A DNA stretch of 64,000 nucleotides from Basidiobolus meristosporus CBS 931.73 (GCA_002104905.1 MCFE01000512.1:267-64266), one strand, 5' to 3'. Positions 36,040 through 49,403 are shown, numbered from the stretch's first letter. Numbers and translations: made by a program. The notes: generated from the letters alone by a model not told the origin.

Positions 36040-36066
36040 ACTCCATTACATTCAGCTGATTAGAAG

Positions 36067-39000
36067 ATGTCCTCAGCAGCAAGCAATCCAAACCTTTCCA
36101 TGTTGGAAGAAGCCAGAAGAAATCAGGAAGAACTTACTGAACAGCTTGAAAACATCATGCTTGAAAGAAACACCATGATGCTTGAGCACTCAAAGCTTAC
36201 CAAAACAAGATCTGATAATCACTGTAGAGATGAACTCCTTGAAGTTATATCCAGTTACCAAGATGAAATTGGAATAATTAAGGAAGCATTGGAGAATATT
36301 GCCAGAGTAATTGACAGCATTGAAAATCCGCCAAGCCTTGCTCTGCATCAGCCACCAAGAAGTCATGCCTTTGAATCCTCCAGATCTACATCTCCTTCTA
36401 GACCTGCCCTGGTGGTTGTCCCAAGATCCTTGCTTGTTTATGCTGAAGGCACCAGTGCCATCAAGAATCCAACTGAGTTTCATTACAAGTTTAGTCACAT
36501 CTTAGCTGCACACCAGCTAGACCCTGACACCAACTGGGCTAGACTTCTGCCTCTCTGTCTCACAATGCAAGATGCTGACTGGGTTGAAGTGAACATTCCT
36601 TCCAATAGTAAGTGGAAAATTGCCCAAAACCTCTTTTGCAGCCATTTTGAGGATCCTCTCAAGAAAGCACATCTGAACTGCAACTTATGGAAAACTAAAA
36701 TGTGAAAAGGTGAATCTGTGCAACACTTCTGTGATAGATTCCAAAGACAAATGAGATTAGCTGGAGTTAGTGATGATAATCCATTGCTTACTGCTCATTT
36801 TCTTTCAAACTTTTCACACCAGCTACAGAGCAATATTGCTATTGTCAAAGCATGCAACCCTGCATGAACCTATGACCAGATCTCAGAGATATGTACACTG
36901 GCAATCACCTAGACTGCAGCTGTTAGCCAGACTTCAGGCAACTCAAACCAAGATCCCACAACAGCCAAAAAGAGACCAGCCATGTGACCAAGAAGCAGTC
37001 AACCGCTACCAAGCACTGTGAGCTTCATGGAAAATGCTATCATTCTACCAGTGAATGCAAAGGCATCACCAAGCAGTCAAACAAGTCAGGAAACACCTCA
37101 GAAAAGCAGCAAAACACCAAAACTAATAATCCATATGCTGATGACAAGTGCTTTAAATGTGGAAATATGGGACATAGATTGCCTGCCTGTCCTGAAAAGA
37201 ACTCCACACCATCAGCCAAAATTACCCAGATCCTTGACAATCATTCAGCCAATGATATAATGGGGTATGAAGAAGCATATGAAGAACTTACAGTTCAAGA
37301 TTATCACAACCTCTTTGAGTTTCCGGCTAAAATTGCAACTGTTCAAGAAAAGAAGCAACCAATCACACAGCTCAAAGCCATAGAAGTGCCGCTCACCCTC
37401 AATGGCCAATCATATGTAGCACTACTGGATACTGGATCATCCAACTCTATTGTATCACCCAATGTAGTCAGAGATCTCAATTTAGAGATAGAAAAACAAC
37501 CAGGAAAAATCATTCTTGCAGCTAAGGATCTCTCAGCCCCAAGAATTGGCATTACCAACCCAATCAACATACATTGTGGCTCAGTAACCATAGTCCATTA
37601 GATAGAAGTTATTGACATACCAGATGGATCTCAGGTAGTCATTGGTCTGGACACCTTCACCAAACTTGGCTTTCACATAGGCGGACTACCAGTTTCCTAT
37701 CCAGGAATCACTAAATCTCAGCCGCTCATGATGGATCAAATCCCAGAGATTATCTCATCCCAACCAGAAGAAGAATAGTTAACCCCAACTTTTCAAGAAT
37801 ATTCTCAATCAGTCAAATTGGATATTCAGCCGGCCATAGAGAGAAATCAGGCCATTCCAAGGAAGAGCTTCTGCACCATCCCAGAATCCATTGTTACACT
37901 AGAGACCCCACCTGGTGAGTCAACATGGAGGAGGCAATACCCAATTCCGCATTCATGTCAACACTTAGTTGATGAGATAGTCCAAAAATGGGCTGACAAT
38001 GGAATTATCACTCAAGCCCCTGTCAACACAACATTCAATAGCCCTTTGACGCTTGCACCAAAGAAAGATGCTGATGGAAATCTAACCCTGAAGTGACCCT
38101 GTTTGGACCCCAGACCTCTGAACAAGCTTCTCCAAGATGACAAGTTTCCAGTTCCAGGAATCCAGGATATCTTTTCCACACTATCAGGGGCAAAAGTATT
38201 CTCCAAGTTGGACTTGAAGGATGCATATCACCAATTCCAGATCCATCCTGATCATCAGCATAAGACTGCCTTTACTTGGAATAATATGCAATGGATGTTT
38301 TAGGGAGCTCCCTTTGGCCTAAAGACACTTACCAGCAAGTCTCAGAGAGTCATGACTATAATACTCAAGAATGCACCATACGCATTGGTATTTGTTGATG
38401 ATGTCATCATAATTTCCACTAACCGTGATGATCATGCAGCCCATGTCACCTATGTAATCAACAGACTGACAACTGCTGGACTGATTCTCAATGCTGAAAG
38501 GTGCAGTTTTGCCCGCCTCAAAATCAATCTACTTGGATTTATAGTCACACCAGCTGGCCACCAATTAGATCCTTTCAAACTGGTCAATATCCCAGAATGG
38601 CCAAAACCCACTAGCGCCAAGCAACTTCAACATTATCTCGGAGTATTCAACTATTTCAGGGAACACATACCACTCATGTTCTCATTGAGTGCCCCTTTAG
38701 ATGCATTACGCCATAACCCTGATCTCACCTCAGCCTGGAACAAGACTCATGACCTAGTCTTTGAGTCATTCTGCCAACTGCTTCCACAAGCACCCACCTT
38801 ATCCTACCCAGACTTTACTAAGCCCTTTGTTGTTGCTACAGATGCATCTAATGTTGGGTTAGGGGCAGTCCTCTATCAAGATGAAGACCAAAATCTGCCT
38901 CACTGGATCTCTTTCCAAGCCAGGTCCCTACAACCTGCTGAGAGAAACTACTCTGCTACCAAGAAGGAGCTACTTGCCATAGTATTTGCCTTGAAGAAGT

Positions 39001-40550
39001 TTCATCAGTATCTATGGGGTAAGCCTTTTACCTTGTACACTGACCACCAAGCCCTTGTCTTTATCCACTCTCAGAAGACTCTGACTCCAATGCTTACCAA
39101 CTGGCTTGATACTCTACTTGATTATGAATATAGAGTTATTCATTGCCCAGGAATTCTCAACATCCTTCCTGACCACCTGTCAAGACTTTTTCCAACATCA
39201 CCTTGGGAGGGACATGTGATTACTGATGTAATCAGTAAATTCTCTACAACTTCCAAAATAATTCCTCAGCTGGATTCAGCAACTTGGAAAATCCCACCTG
39301 AAGAACAAAGGAAAACATTGATACAGAGGAGTCATTTACTTGGCCACTTTGGAGCGGACAAACTTATGAAGAAGCTACACTCTGATGGATATCACTGGCC
39401 AAATATCAAAGTTGACTGCTTAGAATTTGTCAAGTTGTGCAGAGAATGTCAACTTTACAATATCAGCCACCATGGATTTCACCCTCTGAGCCCCATCCAT
39501 GCAAGCCTTCCTATGGATCATATTACAATTGATCTAGCTGGACCTTTCACCACTAGTGATGATGGTAATCACTACCTCTTTATAATTGTGGATGTCTGCA
39601 CACGTTTTGTCTTCCTCAAAGCTATCCCAGACAAGTATGCTGCCACTATTGCACAAGAACTATTCAAGCTCTTCTGCCTTTTTGGACTCCCTAAGGTCAT
39701 TCAATTGGATAATGGAACAGAATTTGTGAATCACGTGATCAAAGCCCTTTGCCAGAATAGCACCATTGATCACCATCTGATCACTCCATATCATCCCAAA
39801 GCTAATGGACTGGCTGAAAGACATGTTCAGACCTCAGTGAGCATCACCAGGAAATCTATCAAAGGTATCAAGAAGAATTGGGACAAGTACACTCCAACTG
39901 TACAGTATACTATCAACACCAAAATTGCCGCTCTACATGGATCAACACCATTTTCCTTGATGTTTGGAAGAAGATACAACCACTTTGGAGACCATCAGAA
40001 TACAGAGTTAGAAAGTTTGAATACAGATAAGCTAAAGAACCGGCTTGAGTACCTTACCAACATTGTCTACCCTGCTATCAGTGCCAGAAGTAAGGCCTCT
40101 CAGCAAAAGATGACTTCAATGTATGCCTCAAGACACAGGAACAGCAGCTTCCCAGATGGGTCATATGTCATGACACTAGATCAAATCCGGCAATCTAAGC
40201 TTGACCCTAAGTATGAAGGACCATTCAAGGTTGTCAGATGCACCACTGGAGGATCTTATGTACTTCAGGATAACACTGGAGCACTGCTACCCAAAAACTT
40301 TCCACCTTCTTCACTCAAACTTATTTCTCAAGACCCAGTAACTTTGGAATCCTATAAAGTTGAATCTATTGTGGACCATGATGGAGAAGAACCAAATAGC
40401 CTTTATTTAGTCAAGTGGAAAGGCTATGATGCCAAACACAACACCTGGGAACCTTACACCAACTTTGATGATGTTGCCATTATTGATCAGTATTGGAGCC
40501 GCAGAGGAACCCAGAAGGTATCAAAAAACTCCTCTTCCGGAAGGAAATGA
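36067..40550 (+). pseudogene. pol: gag-pol polyprotein, disrupted
   Basis: CCHC knuckle CFKCGNMGHRLPAC; protease LLDTGS; RT LDLKDAYHQF and FVDD; RNase H ATDASNVGLGAVL; integrase HLLGH..C..CQ, DLAGP, DNGTEF, GLAER, YEGPF; chromodomain YKVESIV...YLVKWKGY...TWEP. Stops at ~36703, ~36874, ~36909, 37599, 37776, 38094 and 38301, and a frameshift near 36980. Confidence 0.95.
40539..40550 (+). promoter_or_regulatory. Polypurine tract
   Basis: GGAAGGAAATGA immediately before the 3' LTR. Confidence 0.7.
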
Positions 40551-41247
40551 TGTTGTGTATCAACATTTAAAACTTAGCCAAATTTACTCTGTTTGAAACT
40601 CTAGTACCCTAACTGATTTTCCCTAACCTAAACATAACAAATCCCAGTTACAGTTTATTTTATCCCACCTCAGAATCTATTTTTAGCTATCACACCTGAT
40701 CTATTTTCAAATGGTCATTATGTTATCAACCTATCTGCCAAGCCTTCCTAGGTGATTAGTCATCTGAGATCTATCCAACCACTATGCAGTTGCCAAGACA
40801 TCAGTTGATTGATGATGTAATTTTCATTTATCTTATGCACCTATGAACACCCAAATTGATTTCAATCAATCTAGTCCCTTGGCGCTTACTAATTCAACTA
40901 GATCAGAAAAGTATAAATAAAGTTTACTGAACCTTTTGGTTTAGTGTGTGTGTCAACAAAATTTAGATTCTGTCTCAGAAAAAATAAGAATCCAACAATT
41001 CTGTTCTAGTTTCTATCCAAGCCTAGTATATCTAGCAGTCCAAAGAACACCAAGCCTAGCCTGCCTAGCAAACAAATATCATTGTCTTTATAGCCAACCC
41101 AGCTATATCCAAGACCAATATTAGATCAGAATCTTTCTGCTAATATTTCCACCACTTGCTGACAATTCTAAGATTCTGCACTTAATTGTCCCTTTGGTTC
41201 AGTTAAACCATTCAAGAGTTTTATTACACTTTCTCTTGGATACAACA
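40551..41247 (+). repeat. 3' LTR
   Basis: TGTTG...CAACA terminal inverted repeats, followed by the TSD GGAAT. Confidence 0.95.
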
Positions 41248-41869
41248 GGAATACATTTGTTGAGCTTTACACTGTTGACAGCAACAGTATCAAAGCTAGC
41301 CCTTTGCCATATGTAGCCAGCCTCATTATGCCTTAAGAAGAATACTTGTGCAAGTCTCATCAAAAGACCATCACAGAATTTAAATCCTGTCACCAAGTGG
41401 CATTGATGCTGTCTGAACACTTTGCAAAAGCTATTAGAGAAAAACTGCACCTTACATTTCACAAAAATCTGCCTGGTGTCTGGGCCCTGAATAGTGGCTT
41501 GATGAAACCCTGCATATTTATGATAATACACAATTCTAATTTTGTGGAGACACTCATTGTACCATTGGCTTAAAGGACTATAGCTACCTTTGTTATTACA
41601 GGAGATTGGTTGGTGATAAGAGAATGAATTATCAACCAAAATAACCCTAAAGAGTACTTGAAGTCATAAAGAAAATTAGTAGGCTCATATGTTATTCTCT
41701 TACAGGTTTAAATATTGAGAGTAAAGTGTTTCTGGCTTGCATCAGTGGGGAGCAAAGCCTGTATCTTATGCCATGATAGGTCTAATAAACATGTAAGCAA
41801 AGTAAAGGATCAGGGTGGTGTCAGGTATTCATATTGCAGTAACTTAACTAGCAGAATACTGAATTGGCA

Positions 41870-42680
41870 ACTTAATAGAAGTATTGCCAAAACCTGAGCT
41901 CTATATTGGCAAGAGTACTGCCAAAATATGCACTTCATATTACAAGTATACTGTTGCAACCTTAACCCTGGATTGCAAGACAATTGTCCATATATGCACC
42001 ACAGGTTTCCAAGAGCTCTACCACAGCCCAGAACCCAGGTTTACATGAGTATTGACACAGCCTGGTCCTCAGGTGTCTGTGAGAATTGGCACAACCTACA
42101 CCAGAGGTTTACAAGAGTATTGCCACATCATGGACCTCAGGCCCACAAGAGTATTGCCACAATTTGGACCCCAGGCTTACTGGAGTATTGCTGCAGTTTG
42201 GATGCATATTTACAAACGTATTGCCGCAGCCTTAATATCTGTTCAACAATAATACTACCTTCACTTGTGCTCAAATCTCACAAGAGTACTACCCCAGCAG
42301 GGACTGCAAGCCAACAAGTGTATCAACTCAACCTGAACTCCAGGATAGCCACAGTATAACCTCAGCCTGGATTCCAGATTATTTAGAGTAAAGCCTCAAC
42401 CAGTAATCCTAGTTAGTAAGAGTATCACCGCTGCATAAACTCTAGACTAATTAGTGTATCAGCACTACCTGGACTACAGATTCAAAAGTATATTGCATTA
42501 AACTGGTCACCAGGTTGCATCAGTAAGAGTACTGTATCATTGTGGCCACTAGGATAACTGGTGTATTTGCACAATATAGACCCCAGGTTGACTGTAAAAC
42601 TATAGTAGCTTGTATGCAGCTTTACTGGACCTTGACTACAGGTTAACTGGAGTATCACCTCAACCCAGACTCCATGTTAT
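41870..42680 (+). repeat. Degenerate 34-bp minisatellite
   Basis: GAGTATTGCCACA-like heads at 42013, 42047, 42081, 42115, 42149 and 42183 (34-bp period), with weaker units on either side. Confidence 0.75.
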
Positions 42681-44405
42681 GCAGTGTACTGATACAACCT
42701 GTCCAGTAGCCACTGAATGCCCACAGGCAGGTGACTGAAATTCACCATGCCAATTTTTTTTGACAGCAGCCACTGGCTTACAACAGAAATGTAACCAAAA
42801 AAATCTAGTCAATTTTTTCACAATTGACCCTGACAGCAGCCACTTGTTGCCCACAGACATGTGAGTGCAATTCACCATGCTAATGTTTGTTCTGACAGCA
42901 GTCACTGGTTGCCCACAGGCATGTGACTAACAGCAATTAATTTATTAATAACTCTGGCAGCTGCTAATGGTTGCCTATACACATGTGACGGATATTCACC
43001 ATGCTAATATTCTCTCTGCCAGCAGCCACTAGTTTCCAGCAGATGTCTGGCCAAAATTATTTAGTCAGGTTTCTCACTGTTGATTCTGACAGCATCCACT
43101 GGTTGCCCATAGACATGTGATCATAAGAATATTTAGTTAATTCTTGCACTGTAAACTATGACAGCAGCCACTGGTTACCCACAGGTAGGTGACCAAACAT
43201 TTAGTTAGATTAGTGTGTACTCCAACTGCCGCCACTGGATGTGTATAGACATGTGACCAAAAATATTTAGTCAATTTTTTTGCTGCTCACTCCAACAGCA
43301 ACCACTAGATGCCTACAGACAAGTGAGTGAAACTCATTGTAATAATTTTCTTTTGAAAGCAGTCACTGGTTGCCCACAGATGTGTGACCAGGAAAACATA
43401 TAGTTAAATTTCCCACTGCTGACCCTGACAGCAGCCCCTGGATGCCCACAGACACGTGAGGGAAATTAACCAAGCCCATTTTTTTTAACAGCAGCTCCTG
43501 GTTACCCACAGACATGTGGCCAAAGCATTAGTCAATTTTCACATTGTTGACCCCTGTCAGCTGCCACTGATTGCCCAAAGTGACTAACATCCATCATACC
43601 AATTTTCTTTATGATAGGAGCCACTGGTTTCCCACAAACATGTGACCAATATCATTTAGTTAATAGACTTGTTCCATTGTACTGTGCCAGGGTGTGCAGC
43701 GCAATCCACGGTTGTAAAGAACAATTGGGCGCAATATTATAGCTACCAGAAGGCAGGATTGTTCTTGGACAATTTTGCACTATGCGGGACAATCTTGCAC
43801 ACTATGGCACAATCTGACACGATGAGGTTGGCACGGATGAATGCGCCAACTCGTAATGTTTGCATCATGTGCGCAATCAGATACTGCTATTATGGCAGGT
43901 AAAATCCGGTATTTGGATATGTTTCTTTAATGTAAATGGAAATAAATGTGTATCACACTATAAACTACACTGATACTTACCATTTTAGCTACCCTCACTC
44001 CAATTGGACGGTATCTCAGTAGTTAACTGGTCAAAAGTATCCTGAAGCTGGCAGCCCCCAATTGGCTCATTGACTACTGAAAAAGCTACCTGATTTGCCA
44101 TCAAATATCCCATTTTGCCCATTGAGCAAGTAAATCCCTGATCCTAGTGATTGGACAAGGTGTCATAGCTAGCATACAAGCGGTTGTGTAGGTACAAAAC
44201 AGATCCAATAGCTGCACTGGTATTACAGATGATGTATATATATGCAGGGTGTTTATTTATAGGGGTTCTGTCTCAAATCTGAGATGACCTTGATATTACT
44301 TATATCAAAAATTTGATGATCACTGATTTGCAATGGCTCAATTTGGATTGCAAAAAAAAGGGTTGTTGGGATCATTACAAATGTGAGCAATTCAAAGCAA
44401 TTGCA

Positions 44406-45700
44406 TCATCTTCTCCTGGGTTTTTTTCTCACAGGGATTACTACTGAAGCATTTGGTAGTGACTCACTTTGCACGCCTATACTACTTCCTGGCTGACTAT
44501 CATCTTGGCTACTTGTGTATTTGTAGTCAGCACTTTGCCTCCTAGTTGATGAGTGCAATGCTGCAGCTTGGCTGCGCTGAATTGCTCCAACTGAACTAAC
44601 TGAACCAGCCTTTAGTGCCATGCGCTGACGTGCTCTTTTACTTGCCATGGGCTCTGGTGGTTGAGGCACTTCATGTTGGTCATCATTGGTCAGTTCACCA
44701 GAAGTAACTTGCTGATGGTCAGGCATAATGGCACGTGCAGGTGCGCCTTGACGCGTTGAGATGGCCCTTAGCTGAGTTCCATGTGATGCCGCTTATTGAT
44801 GCTACTTGGTCCGCTCCAATGGACTTGTGTCTAAATGAGCAGATTGGTGAGTTCTTGTAGTTTTGCTCTGAAGCAGGCGCATTGACCCAATGCGCGTTGA
44901 CTTGATGCGGGGTGTTCTGGTAAAGGATGTTGGCATGGTCTGGACTGACATGCACTGGCGTGCTGTGGTTGCAAGAGATGGTAGGGAATCTAGCAAGGCG
45001 TGCTGGCGCAATCTAGACAATGTTGCTTGCGGTCTGTATTCTTCCTTCTGAAGCTCACCATCTGATTCCTCAAGGTATTCACTTACCCTCTGTCTGATAC
45101 TTTGGAGCTGTTGCCTGGATGAGTCCTGTGTATATTGCTCTTGGAAGCCACTTAGCTCTACTAATATATCATGTAGTATATTATTCATTTGAGGCAAAAA
45201 CTCATTCAAAATTTCTTTGGTTTTCAAAGTTGAGGCACAAATGGACGCATCTGGCCCATACTGTGCAAATTGCGTGCAAAATTGTTCCTGCATGGCTTCT
45301 TTGTCAAATCCCCTCACTCTCAGCTCATTCTTGATTTCAATACTTGTTTTGTTATATATCTTTTTACATACATTGGCTGGCATCTTGATGTAGAACTAAT
45401 GCCACAGCTTTCTACTCAAATTCTTCCATCTTTGTTGACTCTCTGAGGTATCTAGTTCTGCTAGATTAATCAGTAGTACCCAAATATCTGTATAAAGGCT
45501 CATCATAGACACTTGGGCCATACTAAAATCATTTGGCAAGAGCTTGAATGGATCTGACATCAACTTTTCTGGTCCAGACCATGCTTGTGAGGTGGGGGGA
45601 TGGGTTTTGTCTGGGTTGTACTAAAGATGAATTGAGGCTTGGTATGGGGACCATAGCAACAGATTTGGATACTTATACAGCAGTATATTGGCATCAACCT
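44406..45700 (-). pseudogene. Second (accessory) ORF of the PHIS element, unknown domain
   Basis: The frame upstream of ORF 44802..45383 continues to ~45690 through two TAG stops. ORF 44406..44726 ends in NLS-like PVRKKPRRR. Also present in the inverted copy. Confidence 0.55.
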
Positions 45701-46013
45701 GGTCTTATATGAAATCTACATGAAAACTAATGGGATTGTTGAATTTTCCATATATTATGCATGATGCATCTTGAATTGTATTGACACAGATCAGATCACA
45801 TCAATTGCAGATTTCCTATTTGATTATAGACCTATGATTAAAGCATCAATAAAAGTACCAAGGCATTGTTTGCAGATGATTTTTGCAACATAATGATGGG
45901 ATACATGGCAATTGATGGAGATTTAACCATAATGTATTAAAGATCAGATAAATAACGCAGATTGTGCCAAATTGATTAAAACTGCCTTTATATGATCATC
46001 CATCAATTTTAAT

Positions 46014-46897
46014 ATGACTTACTCATCTGAATGGTCTTTTCTCTTCAATCCCATCATTACCACTGGATTTCCTTTTGAAACACTAGAGGAGATCTATTCC
46101 AATTACTGTGGACCATCAACTCCAATCTACTCAAGGAGATCCCTTGTTAAGCTTCTCTGCTATTACAAGAACTATTGCCCTACAAGGTTTCATCCCACCA
46201 TCCATGGCAACAAAAGTCCTAGAAGCTTACATTCCCAGCTGACATCAATGGAGAACCACCTTGCAGAGGGTATGAATGACTTAGAGCAAGCTTGAAATAC
46301 TAGGTTCAGAAGCTCCAATAGCTTCCATATCCCAGAGTATTCAGCAACAGGTTCCATATCAGGAGTATTTTGGATACCTTCCCAGTGAGGATTAACAGAC
46401 CTTCTAGAGGGCAGAGGCACACTTATTCTGGCAAGTACAAGGCACACTGTCTGAAGTTTCAAGCACTGTCTGACATTGAGGGTAACATCATCTGGTTTAG
46501 TGGGCCATTTGCTGGAAGTAGGCATGACAAAGCACTCTGGGTAGAGAATCATCCTGAATTATGTAGAGGAGAGAAAGGTATGGCAGACTTAGCCTATATA
46601 GAAGAGGATTGTCAGAGATTAGGATGTATTACAGCTTATAGGAAGCCAAGGAATGATGTGCTTAGCAGGAAGCAGAAGCTCTACAATGAGATATCTAATC
46701 ATTTCAGAGTAAGGGTAGAGCACACATTTGGATATCTGAAGAGATTCAGCATACTGGCAGATAAATACAGAGGAAAGTCATATATAGGAGAAAACAGCAG
46801 AATAGGTAAAATAGTTAAGATACTAATTAATGCACAGTGTGTTTATACAAGAAGACATCCACTGAGAGAAATGTGTCTGGAGCATTATGAAGAATAA
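46014..46897 (+). pseudogene. DDE_Tnp_4-type (Harbinger/IS5-like) transposase, one stop and one frameshift
   Basis: LDTFPVRINRP, YSGKYKAHCLKFQAL, GPFAGSRHD, ADLAY, RVRVEHTFGYLKRFSIL. TGA at 46293 and a frameshift near 46370. Confidence 0.92.
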
Positions 46898-47405
46898 ATA
46901 AAGCAAGGAAAGCACTATTCTGAGCAACAAAAGTAAGATTGAGTAAAATTACCAGTAACTGTATCATACCACTGGCATCACGGTAGAGATTATAGTGCCA
47001 GGTGGTGCCGTAGAGTACCAGATCAATCCGACACCATAAACAGGCTGGCACTATGTGGCACTATCCAATGGAACAAGTCTAATTTTCTCACTGTTGATTT
47101 TGACAGCAGCCACTTGTTGCACACAGATATGTGACTAAGAACCATTAGCTAATTTTCTCACTGTTGATTCTGATAGTAGCCTCTGAACATCTGTATACAT
47201 GTGACTGAAATCACTTAATTAATTTTCAAATCTGACAGCAGCTGCTGGATGACCAAAGATATGTGACTGCAATTGACCATGCCAATTCTGTTTCTGACAG
47301 CAAATACTGACTATCCACAGATATGTGATCAAATGCATCTAGTTTCTTTTCTCACTGTTGATTGTGACAGCAGCCATTGGTTGCCCACAGATATGTGACC
47401 ACAAT

Positions 47406-48138
47406 AGACTTGTTCTGGTGGATAGTGCCACATTGAGGCATGAGTGCCAAATGATGCCATAGTGTGCCAGAGAGGCCAAGTGAGCATATACTTGGCCACA
47501 GAGTGTGAAACAAAGATCTGCATCTTCATGCAAAGCAGCCCCTGTGTTTCACTCATTGTGATAGAGAAAATCCATTTTTTGATGTTTGTTTGTGGATTAA
47601 TATTGTGCAGGATGTATAAGAGCACTAAAGAATTGAAGATATGCATCTGGTACTCAATACCTGTGGCACTCCAAATCTAGCTCCTGTGGCTTGTAACATG
47701 TCACAAAAATGCATAGCACTATCTTGGTCCACTGGTACTATCTGGCACTATAAGTGCATTGTATTGATCTTACTTTAGTACTTATATTTAAATATAGTGC
47801 CGGATAGTACCAGTAGACCAAGATAGTGCCATGCATTTTTGTAACATGTTACAAGCCACAGGAGCTAGATTCAGAGTGCCATGGGTATTGAGTACCAGAT
47901 GCATGTCTTCAATACTTTTGTGCACTTGCACATCTTCTACAACATTCACCTAAAAAAAAGGTCACAAAATGGATTTTCTCCATCACAATGAGTGAAACAC
48001 AGGGGCTGCTTTGCATGAAGATGCAGAGCTGTGCTGCACACTCTGTGGCCAAGTGTTGGCTCACTTGGCCTCCCTGGCACACTATGGAATCATTTGGCAC
48101 TTGTGGCTCAATGTGGCCCTATCCAATGGAACAAGTCT
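47406..48138. mobile_element. Foldback MITE of the same PHIS family
   Basis: ~347-bp inverted arms (47406-47752 and 47793-48138) around a ~40-bp loop, ends AGACTTGTTC...GAACAAGTCT, AAT duplicated on both sides. Confidence 0.92.
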
Positions 48139-49403
48139 AATCAGTAAGTTAATTTTTTGACTATTTGTCAGAGAGCAGCTAATGGATCTTCACATGCATG
48201 TGACTAAAATTCAAAATGCTGATTTTTTTCTGGCAGCAGCCACTTATTGCTCACCAACATGTGATCACAATCATTTAGTTACACTTTGAATTGCTGACTC
48301 TGATACCAGCCACTGGATACCCACAGACCCGTGACTATAATTCACAGTGCTGATCTTTTTCTGGCAGCAGCCATTGGCTGCCCACAGAGATGTCACCACA
48401 ATCAGTTAGCTAATTTCTTCACTGTTTAGTCTGACTGCAGCCACTAGTTGCCCACAGATATGTGACTGAAATTCACCATGCCAATTTTCTTTCTTACAGT
48501 AGGCACTGGTTGTCCTCAGACATGTAACCAAAGGCATTTAGTCAATTTTCTTACTGATGACTTTAGCAGCAGCCACTAGTTGCCCACTGACATGTAGACA
48601 AAAGCATTTAGTTAACTCTCTCTCACTGTTCATTCTGGCACCTGCCACTTGTTGCTCACAGACATGTGCCTGGTCATGCCAATTTTGGCCAAAGACATGC
48701 AACTGATACTTAATTTGCTAATTTCTCTCTGACATCAGCCACTGGTTACCCACAGACATGTAATTGAAAATCACTCTGCTAATTTTCTTGCTGACAGTGG
48801 TCACTGGTTGCCTACAGACATTTGACTGGATTTTGGCACTCCAATTCACTTGCTGAGAGCAGCCACTGGCTGCCCACAGACATGTGACCATAATCATTTA
48901 GTTAATTCTCTCACAATTTAGTCTGACAGCAGCCTCCAGGTACCCACAGACACTTGACTAAAAACCATCATATCAATAACTGTACTGACAGCAGCCACTG
49001 GTTGCCCACTGACAGGTGACTTAGTTTCAGCATGCCAATTTCCTTTCTACAGGAGCCTTTGGTTGCTCACAGACATTTGACAGAAACCATCATTCTAATT
49101 ATCAACCTCACAGAAGCCACCGGTTGCTCAGAGACATGTGACAGGAAATCATCCTGTCAATTTTCTTACTGACAGCAGCCACTGTATGCCAATAGACATG
49201 TGACTAAGCTTCAGCATGTAAATTTTCTTTCTGACAGCAGTCACAGGTTGCCCATGCACATGTGAATGAGATATACTGTGCTCAGTTTTTATCTGACTGC
49301 CACTACTGGTTGTCTATAGGCATGTCACCAGAAACAACAAGCTCATATATAAATCTGACAGCAGCCACTAGATGCCAATGTCTATGTGAATTAAATTTGC
49401 AAT

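Larger units (their letters stand above)
35330..41247 (+). mobile_element. Ty3/gypsy chromovirus LTR retrotransposon, full length, inactivated
   Basis: Two 697-bp LTRs, a GGAAT target-site duplication (35325-35329 and 41248-41252), and internal gag-PR-RT-RH-IN-chromodomain order. Confidence 0.97.
43665..47080. mobile_element. PIF/Harbinger-superfamily (PHIS) DNA transposon, two-ORF, inactivated
   Basis: 15-bp perfect TIR AGACTTGTTCCATTG, AAT duplicated at 43662-43664 and 47081-47083, a DDE transposase on + and a divergent second ORF on -. Confidence 0.9.

Noticed and set aside
41199-41639. 146-aa minus-strand ORF as a gene
   Set aside because: It runs into the 3' LTR, lies in CpG-depleted relic sequence interrupted by the retroelement, and has no recognisable motif.
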